Source: an uncultured virus (IMG/VR IMGVR_UViG_3300043932_000242)
Lineage: Duplodnaviria > Heunggongvirae > Uroviricota > Caudoviricetes
Strand: one strand, 5' to 3'
IMG/VR virus record: IMGVR_UViG_3300043932_000242
DNA length: 64,000 nucleotides
Positions 35,813 through 43,908 of the stretch are shown here, in pieces. The translations under genes were made by a program, and so were the position numbers. The notes beneath the pieces were generated by a model that saw only the letters and a program-made list of their open reading frames with translations, had not been told where the DNA came from and did not search any database. Every line of letters starts with the position of its first letter. Within the stretch, counting starts at the first letter, position 1.

Positions 35813-36703
35813 TCAGCCCAGCACCGTGTAGTGGTCCACTTCGGGGATGAGCCCCAGGCTGGTGCCGTCATCCCAGGCGACGTGGATCGTGCCCAGGGAG
35901 TCGACCACGATGACTTCGCCTTCCATCCCAGCTCGCAGCCCTGCCTCCGTGTCACTGTCACCCAGCAGCCGGATCCGGCAGCCCGGACGAACACCCAGGC
36001 CCGCCTGCACTGCAGGGGTCTTCGGGGCTGGTGGGGTGCGCCAGGCCCCGTTGCCCGAAAGGTGTCGGGTGAGTATCCGGCGGGTGGTCTTGTGCTCATC
36101 CCCGGTCAAGCCCAGGCGGTTCAGGAAGGTGCGCATGGCGTAGCGGTCATTGTCATCTTGCGGGGCACGCCCCCGCACCCGCCGCGCAGCCCGGGCCATG
36201 GCGACAAGGGCGGTGATGAAGTCCTGGCACGCGGCAGCCACTTCTGGGTCCGGGAGGGTGGTGAACCAGGCGAAGCGTGCCACCAAGCCCGCATCCTCAT
36301 GCCGGATGTATTCCACGCCGGCAGGTTTTGGTAGCCCAATGGCTCTGGCGATCAGTGGCCCGTAAGCACGCATCAGGGCTGAAAGGTTGTCCCGGCCCCG
36401 TTCACCAAGGCTTGCGGCTGGCACCATGATCACCAACCCCACCTCCTCAGCCTCACCAGCCGAGGGCTGGGGCTCGTCGTCAGAGGCGGTGATGGTGATG
36501 CCCGCACTGGTGATCACCTGGCGGAGCTGCTCGGTAAGCTCGGGGCCTTCAAGGCGCGCATCACGGGTGAGCAGGTACTGGCCGATCTGGTAGGCCATGC
36601 TCGGTGCCTTCAAATAGCGAGCCTCAGTCCCGGTGGCCTGGGCGATGAGCTTGGCGACCTCTGCGCGGCGGATGCTGGCGGGCAGGGTGAGCGTGTAATC
36701 CAT
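35813..36703 (-). CDS. Phage protein with C-terminal DUF4314-like domain, cassette 5
   Basis: YLKAPSMAY, NDRYAMRTFLNRLG...LSGNGAWR, VDSLGTIHVAWDDGTSLGLIPEVD. Confidence 0.75.
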   Translation of the reverse strand: MDYTLTLPASIRRAEVAKLIAQATGTEARYLKAPSMAYQIGQYLLTRDARLEGPELTEQLRQVITSAGITITASDDEPQPSAGEAEEVGLVIMVPAASLGERGRDNLSALMRAYGPLIARAIGLPKPAGVEYIRHEDAGLVARFAWFTTLPDPEVAAACQDFITALVAMARAARRVRGRAPQDDNDRYAMRTFLNRLGLTGDEHKTTRRILTRHLSGNGAWRTPPAPKTPAVQAGLGVRPGCRIRLLGDSDTEAGLRAGMEGEVIVVDSLGTIHVAWDDGTSLGLIPEVDHYTVLG

Positions 36704-36730
36704 GGTGTCCTCCAATGTGTGGGTTGTCGT

Positions 36731-36806
36731 GTCTATACACGCTCACCTTTGCCCTACATATCAAGCACAAACCCGCCCCAGATCAACAGAGAGATGATGA
36801 TCTCTA
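36731..36806 (-). promoter_or_regulatory. Diverged cassette promoter/operator block, copy 5
   Basis: CTTGATA-N19-TGTAT; AGAGATGATGATCTCT at 36790-36805. Confidence 0.65.
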
Positions 36807-38039
36807 GGATGCTTGCTCAACCTGTTTGACCAGCTCCAGGAAACTGCCACGCTCACATGACACCCCGGCGGCATCCCCGGTGTGTTCCACGTAGCGGCGA
36901 AGGATCACCGAGGCGTACTTGGGGTCGAGCTCCATGCAGTACGCGACCCGGTCGGTCTGCTCGGCGGCGATCAAGGTGGAGCCAGATCCTGCGAACGGGT
37001 CGAGCACGAGGGCGTTTGGCTGGGTGGAGTTGCCCATCGGGTAGGCCATCAGATCTACTGGCTTGCTCGTGGGGTGGTTCTTGGAGCGTTTGGGCTTGGC
37101 GAACTGCCAGATGGTGGTCTGCTTGCGATCTGCGTACCAGGCGTGTTTGCCGCCGTTCTTCCACCCAAACAGGCAGGGTTCGTGCTGCCACTGGTACGGG
37201 CTTCTGCCTAGGACCAGGGAGTCTTTGACCCAGATGCAGCAGCCTGAGAGCTTGAAGCCCGCATCGATGAAGGCTCGGCGAAACGCCAGCCCCTCGGTGT
37301 CCGCGTGGAACACGTAGGCCGACGCGCCCGGTGCCATCACTGCGGCTGCGGCGGTGAAGGAGTCGAGGAGGAACTGGTAGAAGGCGTCTGCGTCCATCTT
37401 GTCGTTCTTGATCGACAAGCCCTTCGAGCTTTGGAAATCGACGTTGTAGGGCGGGTCTGTGAGCAGCAGGTTCGCGGACTTGCCTCCCATGAGGGCTTCG
37501 AGATTGTGGGGCTTGGTGGCGTCTGCGCACATGAGCCGGTGCCGACCCACAGTCCACACATCCCCAGGCTCGACGAAAGCAGCCTGTTCGAGTGCTGCGT
37601 CGAGGTCAAACCCATCGTCGTGCGCCTGGCCCTCATCTAGGGAGCCGATCATGGCCTGGATCTCTGCCTCATCAAACCCGGTGAGTTCGGCGTTGAAATA
37701 GCTGGCGTCCAGGTCGGCGATCAGCAGGGCGAGCTTGGACTCATCCCAGTCGCCGCTGATCTTGTTCAGCGCAATGTTGAGGGCTTTTTCTCGGGTCTCG
37801 TCGAGTTCGACCACCACGCAATCCACCTGCTCGAAACCAAGGTCTGCGAGGACCTTGAGTCGCTGGTGGCCGCCTACGATGTGGCCGGTGGTCTTGTTCC
37901 AGATCACCGGCTCCACATACCCGAACTCGGCAAGCGACCGCTTGAGCTTTTCGTACTCGGCGTCTCCGGGTTTCAGGTCTTTGCGGGGGTTGTAGTCGGC
38001 GGGAGTGAGCTCAGAAAGAGTAAGCCGGCGCATATCCAC
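36804..38039 (-). CDS. ParB-like N-terminal domain plus N6/N4 DNA methyltransferase
   Basis: PADYNPRKDL, VGGHQRLK; TDPPYN, HPTSKP, LDPFAGSGST. Confidence 0.92.
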   Translation of the reverse strand: MDMRRLTLSELTPADYNPRKDLKPGDAEYEKLKRSLAEFGYVEPVIWNKTTGHIVGGHQRLKVLADLGFEQVDCVVVELDETREKALNIALNKISGDWDESKLALLIADLDASYFNAELTGFDEAEIQAMIGSLDEGQAHDDGFDLDAALEQAAFVEPGDVWTVGRHRLMCADATKPHNLEALMGGKSANLLLTDPPYNVDFQSSKGLSIKNDKMDADAFYQFLLDSFTAAAAVMAPGASAYVFHADTEGLAFRRAFIDAGFKLSGCCIWVKDSLVLGRSPYQWQHEPCLFGWKNGGKHAWYADRKQTTIWQFAKPKRSKNHPTSKPVDLMAYPMGNSTQPNALVLDPFAGSGSTLIAAEQTDRVAYCMELDPKYASVILRRYVEHTGDAAGVSCERGSFLELVKQVEQAS

Positions 38040-39195
38040 GGGTCTTGACCTCCTCCTTGAGCTTGTATCCGTAGGAGTACGGGGAGTTCCACCACGAGGA
38101 GGTGGTGAAGTGTCCGTAGGTGGAGTGCTCAGCAAACAACGGTTGGCGAAGCCGAAGCTGCTCGATGATCGCTTCAGGCCGCAGGTCAAACACCGCCCGC
38201 ACCGCCTGGGCGATCACCTCATCGGGCACCCGGCCCGTGTCGCGCGTATCCACCGTGACCGCCACCGGGTCAGCCTTACCGATCGCGTAGCTGATCCCCA
38301 CGACGGCCTCGTCGGCCAGCCGGGCATCGATAATGGCCAAGGCGATCAGGCGCGCCATGTAGGCGGCCGAGCGGTCAACCTTGGTGGCGTCCTTCCCGCT
38401 AAAGGCCCCACCACCATGGGGTGCCAGGCCGCCGTAGGTGTCGACTGCGAGCTTGCGGCCACTCAGCCCCGTGTCTGCCGCGGGGCCACCCAGGGTGAAA
38501 GGCCCGGCCGGGTTGACCAACACGAGAGTGTCCTCATCGATGTGCAGGTCGTGGCGGGCTAGGGCTGGGGCGATGACCTGGGTGCGTACCGTGCGGCGCA
38601 GCTCATCCAGGCTGGTGTCCTTGGTGTGTTGGATGGAGACCACCACCGCCTCCACACCCACGGCCTGCCCGTCCTCATAGCGAAGCGAAACCTGTGCCTT
38701 TCCGTCGCAGCCGATACCCCGGATGGTGCCCTCAGTGCGGGCCTTGTCCAGGCGGCGGCAGATGTCGTGGGCGAGCACTAGCGGCAGCGGGAGACGCTGG
38801 CTGGTCTCACGCGTGGCGTAGCCGTAGACGGTTCCCTGATCACCGGCACCCAAGCTCACGTAGGCGGACTCCTCACCGTCGCGTGCCTCCAGAGAGGTGT
38901 TCACGCCTGCGGCGATATCCGGGGACTGGGAATGTGTATGTACATTCACCCGCCACCCAAAGGGTGCGTAGCCTGCACGGATCAGGGCGCGGCGCACACT
39001 CTCACGTACATGGACCCGGGCACTAGAGGTGATTTCACCGGCAACAATGATGCGGCCCTTGGTGGCCATCACCTCTACCGCGCAGCGCGCGCTGGGGTCT
39101 TCGAAGAGGAGGTCGTCGAGGATGGTGTCGGCGATCAAATCGCACAGCTTGTCGGGGTGGCCAACACAGGTTGACTCACAGGTACGGATATCCAT
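38011..39195 (-). CDS. metK: S-adenosylmethionine synthetase
   Basis: GHPDKLCD, GAGDQG, DGKAQV, GGGAFSGKDATKVDRSAAY. Confidence 0.95.
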   Translation of the reverse strand: MDIRTCESTCVGHPDKLCDLIADTILDDLLFEDPSARCAVEVMATKGRIIVAGEITSSARVHVRESVRRALIRAGYAPFGWRVNVHTHSQSPDIAAGVNTSLEARDGEESAYVSLGAGDQGTVYGYATRETSQRLPLPLVLAHDICRRLDKARTEGTIRGIGCDGKAQVSLRYEDGQAVGVEAVVVSIQHTKDTSLDELRRTVRTQVIAPALARHDLHIDEDTLVLVNPAGPFTLGGPAADTGLSGRKLAVDTYGGLAPHGGGAFSGKDATKVDRSAAYMARLIALAIIDARLADEAVVGISYAIGKADPVAVTVDTRDTGRVPDEVIAQAVRAVFDLRPEAIIEQLRLRQPLFAEHSTYGHFTTSSWWNSPYSYGYKLKEEVKTRGYAPAYSF

Positions 39196-39228
39196 AGGGG
39201 TACTCCTTCACTCAGAGGGGTTGGGACA

Positions 39229-39263
39229 ACAAAGCCCCACCACCCGAGAACCGGGTGTGGGGC
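39229..39263 (-). terminator. Terminator-like hairpin after small terminase
   Basis: gccccacacccgg-ttct-cgggtggtggggc followed by tttgt on the minus strand. Confidence 0.55.
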
Positions 39264-39285
39264 ACAACAAAGGGCTGGCGGTGGG

Positions 39286-39861
39286 TTAGGTGCGGGCCTG
39301 CAGCAGGCGTTCCATCAGGTCATCACCCGGTGAGCTGCCGGCGTATTCGCGGGTGGAGGTGGCGCGCACGATCTCGTAAATCTCGTACCAGTACACGTTC
39401 GCCTGCTTCGAGAAACTCTGGCTCATCGCCACGAACGGGGAGGCGATCGCAGCACCCGTGGTGGGGTGCTTGCCCAAAAGGCCGAACTTGCTGATTGCTT
39501 CCTCGCACTGGATGTAGCGGGCAAACGCCTGCGCATACGCCTCAATCAACCTGGGGCTAACGAAGGAAGCGACCCCGCGGGCATCCAGCCACGCCCAGGT
39601 CTCCCGGTAGAGCTCCCCGGCCAGCAACGGCTGCCCGTCACGCTGGACGGCGGACAGGTAAGCCGACGGCTCCGGCATGGCCTCACCCTCAAGCACCGCA
39701 CCATCACCCACGTCCGCGCCGTCCAGGCCGAAGGGGTCCAGGTCTGCGGGTTCAAGAAGGCGGGAGGCGGGCTTTCCGGCCTCGAGCTTGTCCTTGAGCG
39801 GGTCAGGTTTCGCGCCTGCTCGCACGCGCCTGCCACCACGGTTGGTGCCGTCTTTGGCCAC
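39286..39861 (-). CDS. terS: Terminase small subunit (P27 family)
   Basis: MAKDGTNRGGRR, RYIQCEEAISKFG, HPTTGAAIASP, DDLMERLL. Confidence 0.85.
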   Translation of the reverse strand: MAKDGTNRGGRRVRAGAKPDPLKDKLEAGKPASRLLEPADLDPFGLDGADVGDGAVLEGEAMPEPSAYLSAVQRDGQPLLAGELYRETWAWLDARGVASFVSPRLIEAYAQAFARYIQCEEAISKFGLLGKHPTTGAAIASPFVAMSQSFSKQANVYWYEIYEIVRATSTREYAGSSPGDDLMERLLQART

Positions 39862-39884
39862 GGATTTTCGCCTCCTTTCCGCGG

Positions 39885-39990
39885 GGCTCGGTCAATCGGG
39901 GGTTTGATTCGTGCTTTTTGTGCGCGGCACCCCAGACCCGCTCCCTCAGGGGCCTCGGGCTAGAGATTTCACGCCCCCTAGGGGGCCTGT
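39885..39990. other. Putative cos/packaging signal region
   Basis: Non-coding stretch just upstream of terS, downstream of HNH; palindrome gccccctagggggc at about 39973-39986; function inferred from position. Confidence 0.4.
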
Positions 39991-40179
39991 GTGCCCCGCT
40001 GTGGGGCGAACTCGCGGTTTTCGACTCAAACCGCCATCGTTGGGGTGAGGCCCTCAGTGGGGCTTACAGCGTCACTGAGGCTGTGGAGAAGTGCTTGCAT
40101 CACCAGCAGGGGGCGGCAAGTTATCCACAGAAACGTTGAGGTGGTTGCGCCCGCCTCGGCGGCGCGGGATCGTGGAAAC

Positions 40180-40494
40180 ATGATCGAACTACGCGACGAT
40201 TACCGACTCGTCTACCCCAACGTCCAAGACAACGCTGACGCCCGCTGGGTCCTGCAATGGTGCGGAGGTCTTGTCCCTGGCTGCCACCTGGTCCTCGAGT
40301 ACGAGCTGGAGAACCCACCCGATGAGTACCTCACTGGCGGCTACGTCGGTGTCGAGGTGGTCTCCTGCCAGGGCGACCAGTTCGTCGGGCAAGCCCACTG
40401 GGCGGCCGACGACATCTCCTGCCTGCCCGATGGATTCATCGAGTCCAACCTGAACTACATCGCGCGGGTTGATCCTCCCTACCCGCTCGCGTAG
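40180..40494 (+). CDS. Antisense-oriented acidic hypothetical protein
   Basis: MIELRDDY... 104 aa, convergent with HNH; GC3-rich codons. Confidence 0.6.
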   Translation: MIELRDDYRLVYPNVQDNADARWVLQWCGGLVPGCHLVLEYELENPPDEYLTGGYVGVEVVSCQGDQFVGQAHWAADDISCLPDGFIESNLNYIARVDPPYPLA

Positions 40495-40504
40495 GGCCCG
40501 CACC

Positions 40505-40882
40505 TCAGTAGGTGTAGACCTTGGGGCCGCGCCGCCACCTGTCACCGTCGAGCGCGGACTGGCGGGAGTGGCAGGGCTTGCACAAGGCCCGCAGGTTCGA
40601 GAAGTCATGGCTGCCACCACGACCAAGGGGCACGACGTGGTGCACCTCCACCGCTGGAGTGGTCCGTCCTGCGTCCAAGCAGTCCTCGCACAGTGGGTGG
40701 GCGTCCAGGTAGCGGGCACGAACCTTACGCCACGTCTGTCCGTAGCGGCGGTTGATTGCCGGGTCACGCTGGAAGCGGCGGTAGCGCTCGTCCTCAGCCT
40801 TGGTGTGCTGGGGGCAGAACCGCTCAACGCTCAGCTCTGGGCAGCCGGGGTGCCGGCACGGTGTCTTCGGCTTGAACGGCAC
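40505..40882 (-). CDS. HNH endonuclease (packaging-associated)
   Basis: HPLCEDC, EVHHVVPL, NLRALCKPCH. Confidence 0.9.
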   Translation of the reverse strand: MPFKPKTPCRHPGCPELSVERFCPQHTKAEDERYRRFQRDPAINRRYGQTWRKVRARYLDAHPLCEDCLDAGRTTPAVEVHHVVPLGRGGSHDFSNLRALCKPCHSRQSALDGDRWRRGPKVYTY

Positions 40883-41043
40883 GGCCACCACTCCTCTCTC
40901 GGACATGGGAAAGCCCCCAACACACAGGAGCTCTGCATGATGGGGGCTTTGCCCAACTATCGACTGATTACAGGATGCCAAAGGGAAAACGGGAAAACCA
41001 TGGCACGTTTCGGATACCCACTAACGCTTGGGTGCGTCACCCC

Positions 41044-41502
41044 CTACCCGTAGAGCGCTGTCGCTAGCCGGTGGACCGCCTTCGTCCTTCGCCGGAACGC
41101 TGTCTCCCGTTCAACGTAGAAGTGATCAGCCACTGCCCGTGCTCGGTCCTCCTGGCTGACATCGTCGGCGGCGAAAAAGAACGTGTCCAACACGAACCGG
41201 TCATCCTCGCTCAGCACTCCCCAAGCGGGTAGGAACCAGTCCATGTATTCGCGGGCCTGGGCGTAGCGCTCGCGGTAGGCATCCACCCGATCCAGGGTCG
41301 AGGCGATCCGCTCCTCGCCCGCGTGGGGGTTTGGTGCGTGCGGCATCCCGTCCAGGCGCTGCGAACCCACGGTGGTGAGCCGATCGTAGGTGTCTTTGAT
41401 GGCTTGGTTGGTGGTCTCGAGGATGTTGACCATGGTCTGGTAGTCATCCAGTGCGGCCAGGGTGGCCTTGTAGGTGTCCAAGTACTTTGTCATCACGTGC
41501 AT
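41044..41502 (-). CDS. RinA/ArpU-like late transcriptional activator
   Basis: LDGMP, WFLPAWGVLSEDDRFVLDTF, C-terminal HTH ending LYG; end of the replication operon. Confidence 0.65.
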   Translation of the reverse strand: MHVMTKYLDTYKATLAALDDYQTMVNILETTNQAIKDTYDRLTTVGSQRLDGMPHAPNPHAGEERIASTLDRVDAYRERYAQAREYMDWFLPAWGVLSEDDRFVLDTFFFAADDVSQEDRARAVADHFYVERETAFRRRTKAVHRLATALYG

Positions 41503-41504
41503 GG

Positions 41505-42863
41505 TTAGTTCCTTTCCGGGTTCAGGGTCGCCGCGACTGCGTTGATCAGGCGGGATTGGGTGGTGTCTTTCGCCTCGAGGGCTGCGAGGACTTGTTCGTC
41601 GATGGTGTTCTTTGCGGCCAGGTGGGTGATGGTGACCGGCTGGGTCTGGCCTTGCCGGTGAAGTCTGGCGTTGGTCTGCTGGTAGAGCTCTAAGGACCAG
41701 GTCAAGGAAAACCAGACCAGTAGGTGGCCGCCTGATTGCAGGTTCAGGCCATGCCCCGCGCTGGCAGGGTGGATAAGTGCCAACGACACCTCACCGGCAT
41801 TCCATGCGTGGAAGTCTTCGGCACTCTGCAGGAGCCGGGCCTGTGGGAAGCGGGCCTGGATGCGGGTGGCGTCATGTTTGTGCCAATAGGCCACCAGTAG
41901 CGGCTGCCCGTTGGCTGCTTCGATGAGGTCTTCTAACGCGTCGAGCTTTCGGCCATGCACCACGACGGTCTCGCCGGTTTCGTCGTAGACCGCCCCCGTG
42001 GCTAGCTGCAGGAGCTTGCCAGACAGGGCCGCGGCATTCGCGGCATCAACCACGGCCCCGTCGAGGTCGATGACCATGTCACGCACGAGCTGGTCGTAGA
42101 CCTTGCGCTCAGCAGAGCTCAGCTCAACCTCGTGGGTGGTGATGGTGAGCTCGGGCAGGTCCAGGTAATCCGTGGTGCGCATCGAGAGCGTGATGTCGCT
42201 GATTGCTTCGTAGATCTCGGCCTCAGCACCAGGGCGGGGCTTGTAGGAGAAGATCTGCATGCCGTTTCGACGGTCTGGGGTGAACCAGCGCTCCCGGTAA
42301 CGGGTGATGTAGCGGCCAAGACGCTCACCCCCATCGAGCAGCTTGAACTGGGCCCACAGATCTTCGAGTCCGTTGGCGGCTGGAGTACCGGTCAAGCCCA
42401 CAATCCGGTGGATGTGCGGCCGGACAGAACTGAGGGCTTTGAAGCGGGCTGCCTTGTGGTTCTTGAAGCTGGAGAGTTCGTCGATGACGACCATGTCGAA
42501 CGGCCACTGGCCACCGAGGGTTTTCACCAGCCAGCCGACGTTCTCCCGGTTGATCACCGTCACCATCGCCCCCGTAGCCAGCGCATCGAGGCGCTGCTGG
42601 CGGGTGCCGACAGCGACCGCAACGGTTAGCCCCTCCAGGTGGTCCCACTTGAGAGCTTCTGCTGGCCAGGTATCCCGCGCTACCCGCAGTGGTGCGACAA
42701 CCAGAACCCTGCGGGCTTCGAAGGTGTCGAGTAGGAGGCCCCAGATGGCGGTCAGGGTGATGATCGTCTTGCCGAGCCCCATGCCGAGGAGGATCGCGGC
42801 CTGGGGGTGCTCCTCAATAAACCGCGTGGCCTGGTGCTGGTAGTTATGCGGCTGATAGTGCAC
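41505..42863 (-). CDS. Phage SNF2-like helicase
   Basis: MGLGKT, IDELS, LTGTP, GHGLNLQ, NARLHRQGQ. Confidence 0.9.
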   Translation of the reverse strand: MHYQPHNYQHQATRFIEEHPQAAILLGMGLGKTIITLTAIWGLLLDTFEARRVLVVAPLRVARDTWPAEALKWDHLEGLTVAVAVGTRQQRLDALATGAMVTVINRENVGWLVKTLGGQWPFDMVVIDELSSFKNHKAARFKALSSVRPHIHRIVGLTGTPAANGLEDLWAQFKLLDGGERLGRYITRYRERWFTPDRRNGMQIFSYKPRPGAEAEIYEAISDITLSMRTTDYLDLPELTITTHEVELSSAERKVYDQLVRDMVIDLDGAVVDAANAAALSGKLLQLATGAVYDETGETVVVHGRKLDALEDLIEAANGQPLLVAYWHKHDATRIQARFPQARLLQSAEDFHAWNAGEVSLALIHPASAGHGLNLQSGGHLLVWFSLTWSLELYQQTNARLHRQGQTQPVTITHLAAKNTIDEQVLAALEAKDTTQSRLINAVAATLNPERN

Positions 42864-43122
42864 GGCGCACCTCCTGGATGCCCTCTGGCCCATCCACGAC
42901 CAGGGCCGTGAAGCCTTGCTCGCGCAGTTGTCTCATCCGGCGATGTTGTAGTGGCCTTGGTTTCTTGCCGGGGGCTTTGACTTCAACGAAGACTGCTCGT
43001 CCAGCTTTCAGGCAGATGCGGTCTGGGACTCCGTCCACTCCGGGGCAGGTCAGTTTCCAGCAGATTCCTCCGTCGGCCTGGATGGCTTGGCGGAGTGCTT
43101 GTTCGATGGTTTTTTCGTTCAT
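42844..43122 (-). CDS. VRR-NUC domain nuclease
   Basis: EKTIE, GVPDRI, FVEVKAPG, RPLQ. Confidence 0.9.
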   Translation of the reverse strand: MNEKTIEQALRQAIQADGGICWKLTCPGVDGVPDRICLKAGRAVFVEVKAPGKKPRPLQHRRMRQLREQGFTALVVDGPEGIQEVRRALSAA

Positions 43123-43146
43123 TGGGGGTTGCTCCACTTTGGTGGC

Positions 43147-43241
43147 GTGCACCCCGTGCTAGTCATTTCCCAACCTATATATAGAGAAGTAAAAATCAAC
43201 ATCCCTATGTGGGGTATAGGACAGAGATACACGAGGTACAC
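43147..43241. other. Putative phage replication origin
   Basis: AT-rich core (cctatatatagagaagtaaaaatc) flanked by imperfect inverted repeats gtgcaccccgtgc / acacgaggtacac, downstream of primase. Confidence 0.45.
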
Positions 43242-43265
43242 AAACGGCTATTTACCAGGGATTTC

Positions 43266-43895
43266 TCACGCTCGGCGTGTAGGTCGACGACGCGGCAGCA
43301 CCCGCTGATTACCCACACACTGAGGCTTCTCCAGTCCCGGGGAGAGCGGATGAATGCGGTAGTGGTGGTTGAGCCGTCCCGCCCAGCGAGCAGTGAAACC
43401 CGCCAGAACCATCGCGTCCTTAAACCCCGCATTGGTCACGTAGATCCCCGTGTGGCGGGCGAAGATGTGCTTGAGCCCGTAGGAGGTGTGCTCCATGTTC
43501 CACTTCTCACCGACCCACAAGTTCTCGCCAATCCAGTCCAACAACACCTGCTGATCGGCGCTGTCCAGTTGCACGAAGCCCGAGGGGTTGCCGAGTGGGT
43601 CAGTGGAGTCGATCCAATGCCCGATGATGGGGATGGGGCGCTTGTGGCGGCCGCCGAGGCGGGGCATGGTGGTGGGCTTGCGCCGATCGGTGGCGTGGTT
43701 GTATTCACGCCAGGCTTGCTCGAAGGCATCGAGGCATCCTTGTACTGCCCCGCACCGATCAAAGTGTGCGCGAATCGCTGCGTGCGTGTTGGGTCCGGTG
43801 TAGTCATCGAATGCCATGTCGGAGGCTAAGTCGCCCAGCGGGGTGGGTTTGCCGTAGTGGTGTTGGATGACCCATTCGTAGAATCGCATGATCAC
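43266..43895 (-). CDS. YozE/SAM-like domain fused to a second small domain
   Basis: FYEWV...TPLGDLASDMAFD...AFEQAWREY; C-terminal TSYGLKH...YVTNAGFKDAM. Confidence 0.6.
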   Translation of the reverse strand: MIMRFYEWVIQHHYGKPTPLGDLASDMAFDDYTGPNTHAAIRAHFDRCGAVQGCLDAFEQAWREYNHATDRRKPTTMPRLGGRHKRPIPIIGHWIDSTDPLGNPSGFVQLDSADQQVLLDWIGENLWVGEKWNMEHTSYGLKHIFARHTGIYVTNAGFKDAMVLAGFTARWAGRLNHHYRIHPLSPGLEKPQCVGNQRVLPRRRPTRRA

Positions 43896-43908
43896 GGTCC
43901 TTTCTGCT

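Noticed and set aside
33734..36806. Integron cassette array
   Set aside because: No attC-like sites or tyrosine integron integrase, and the cassettes carry their own promoters
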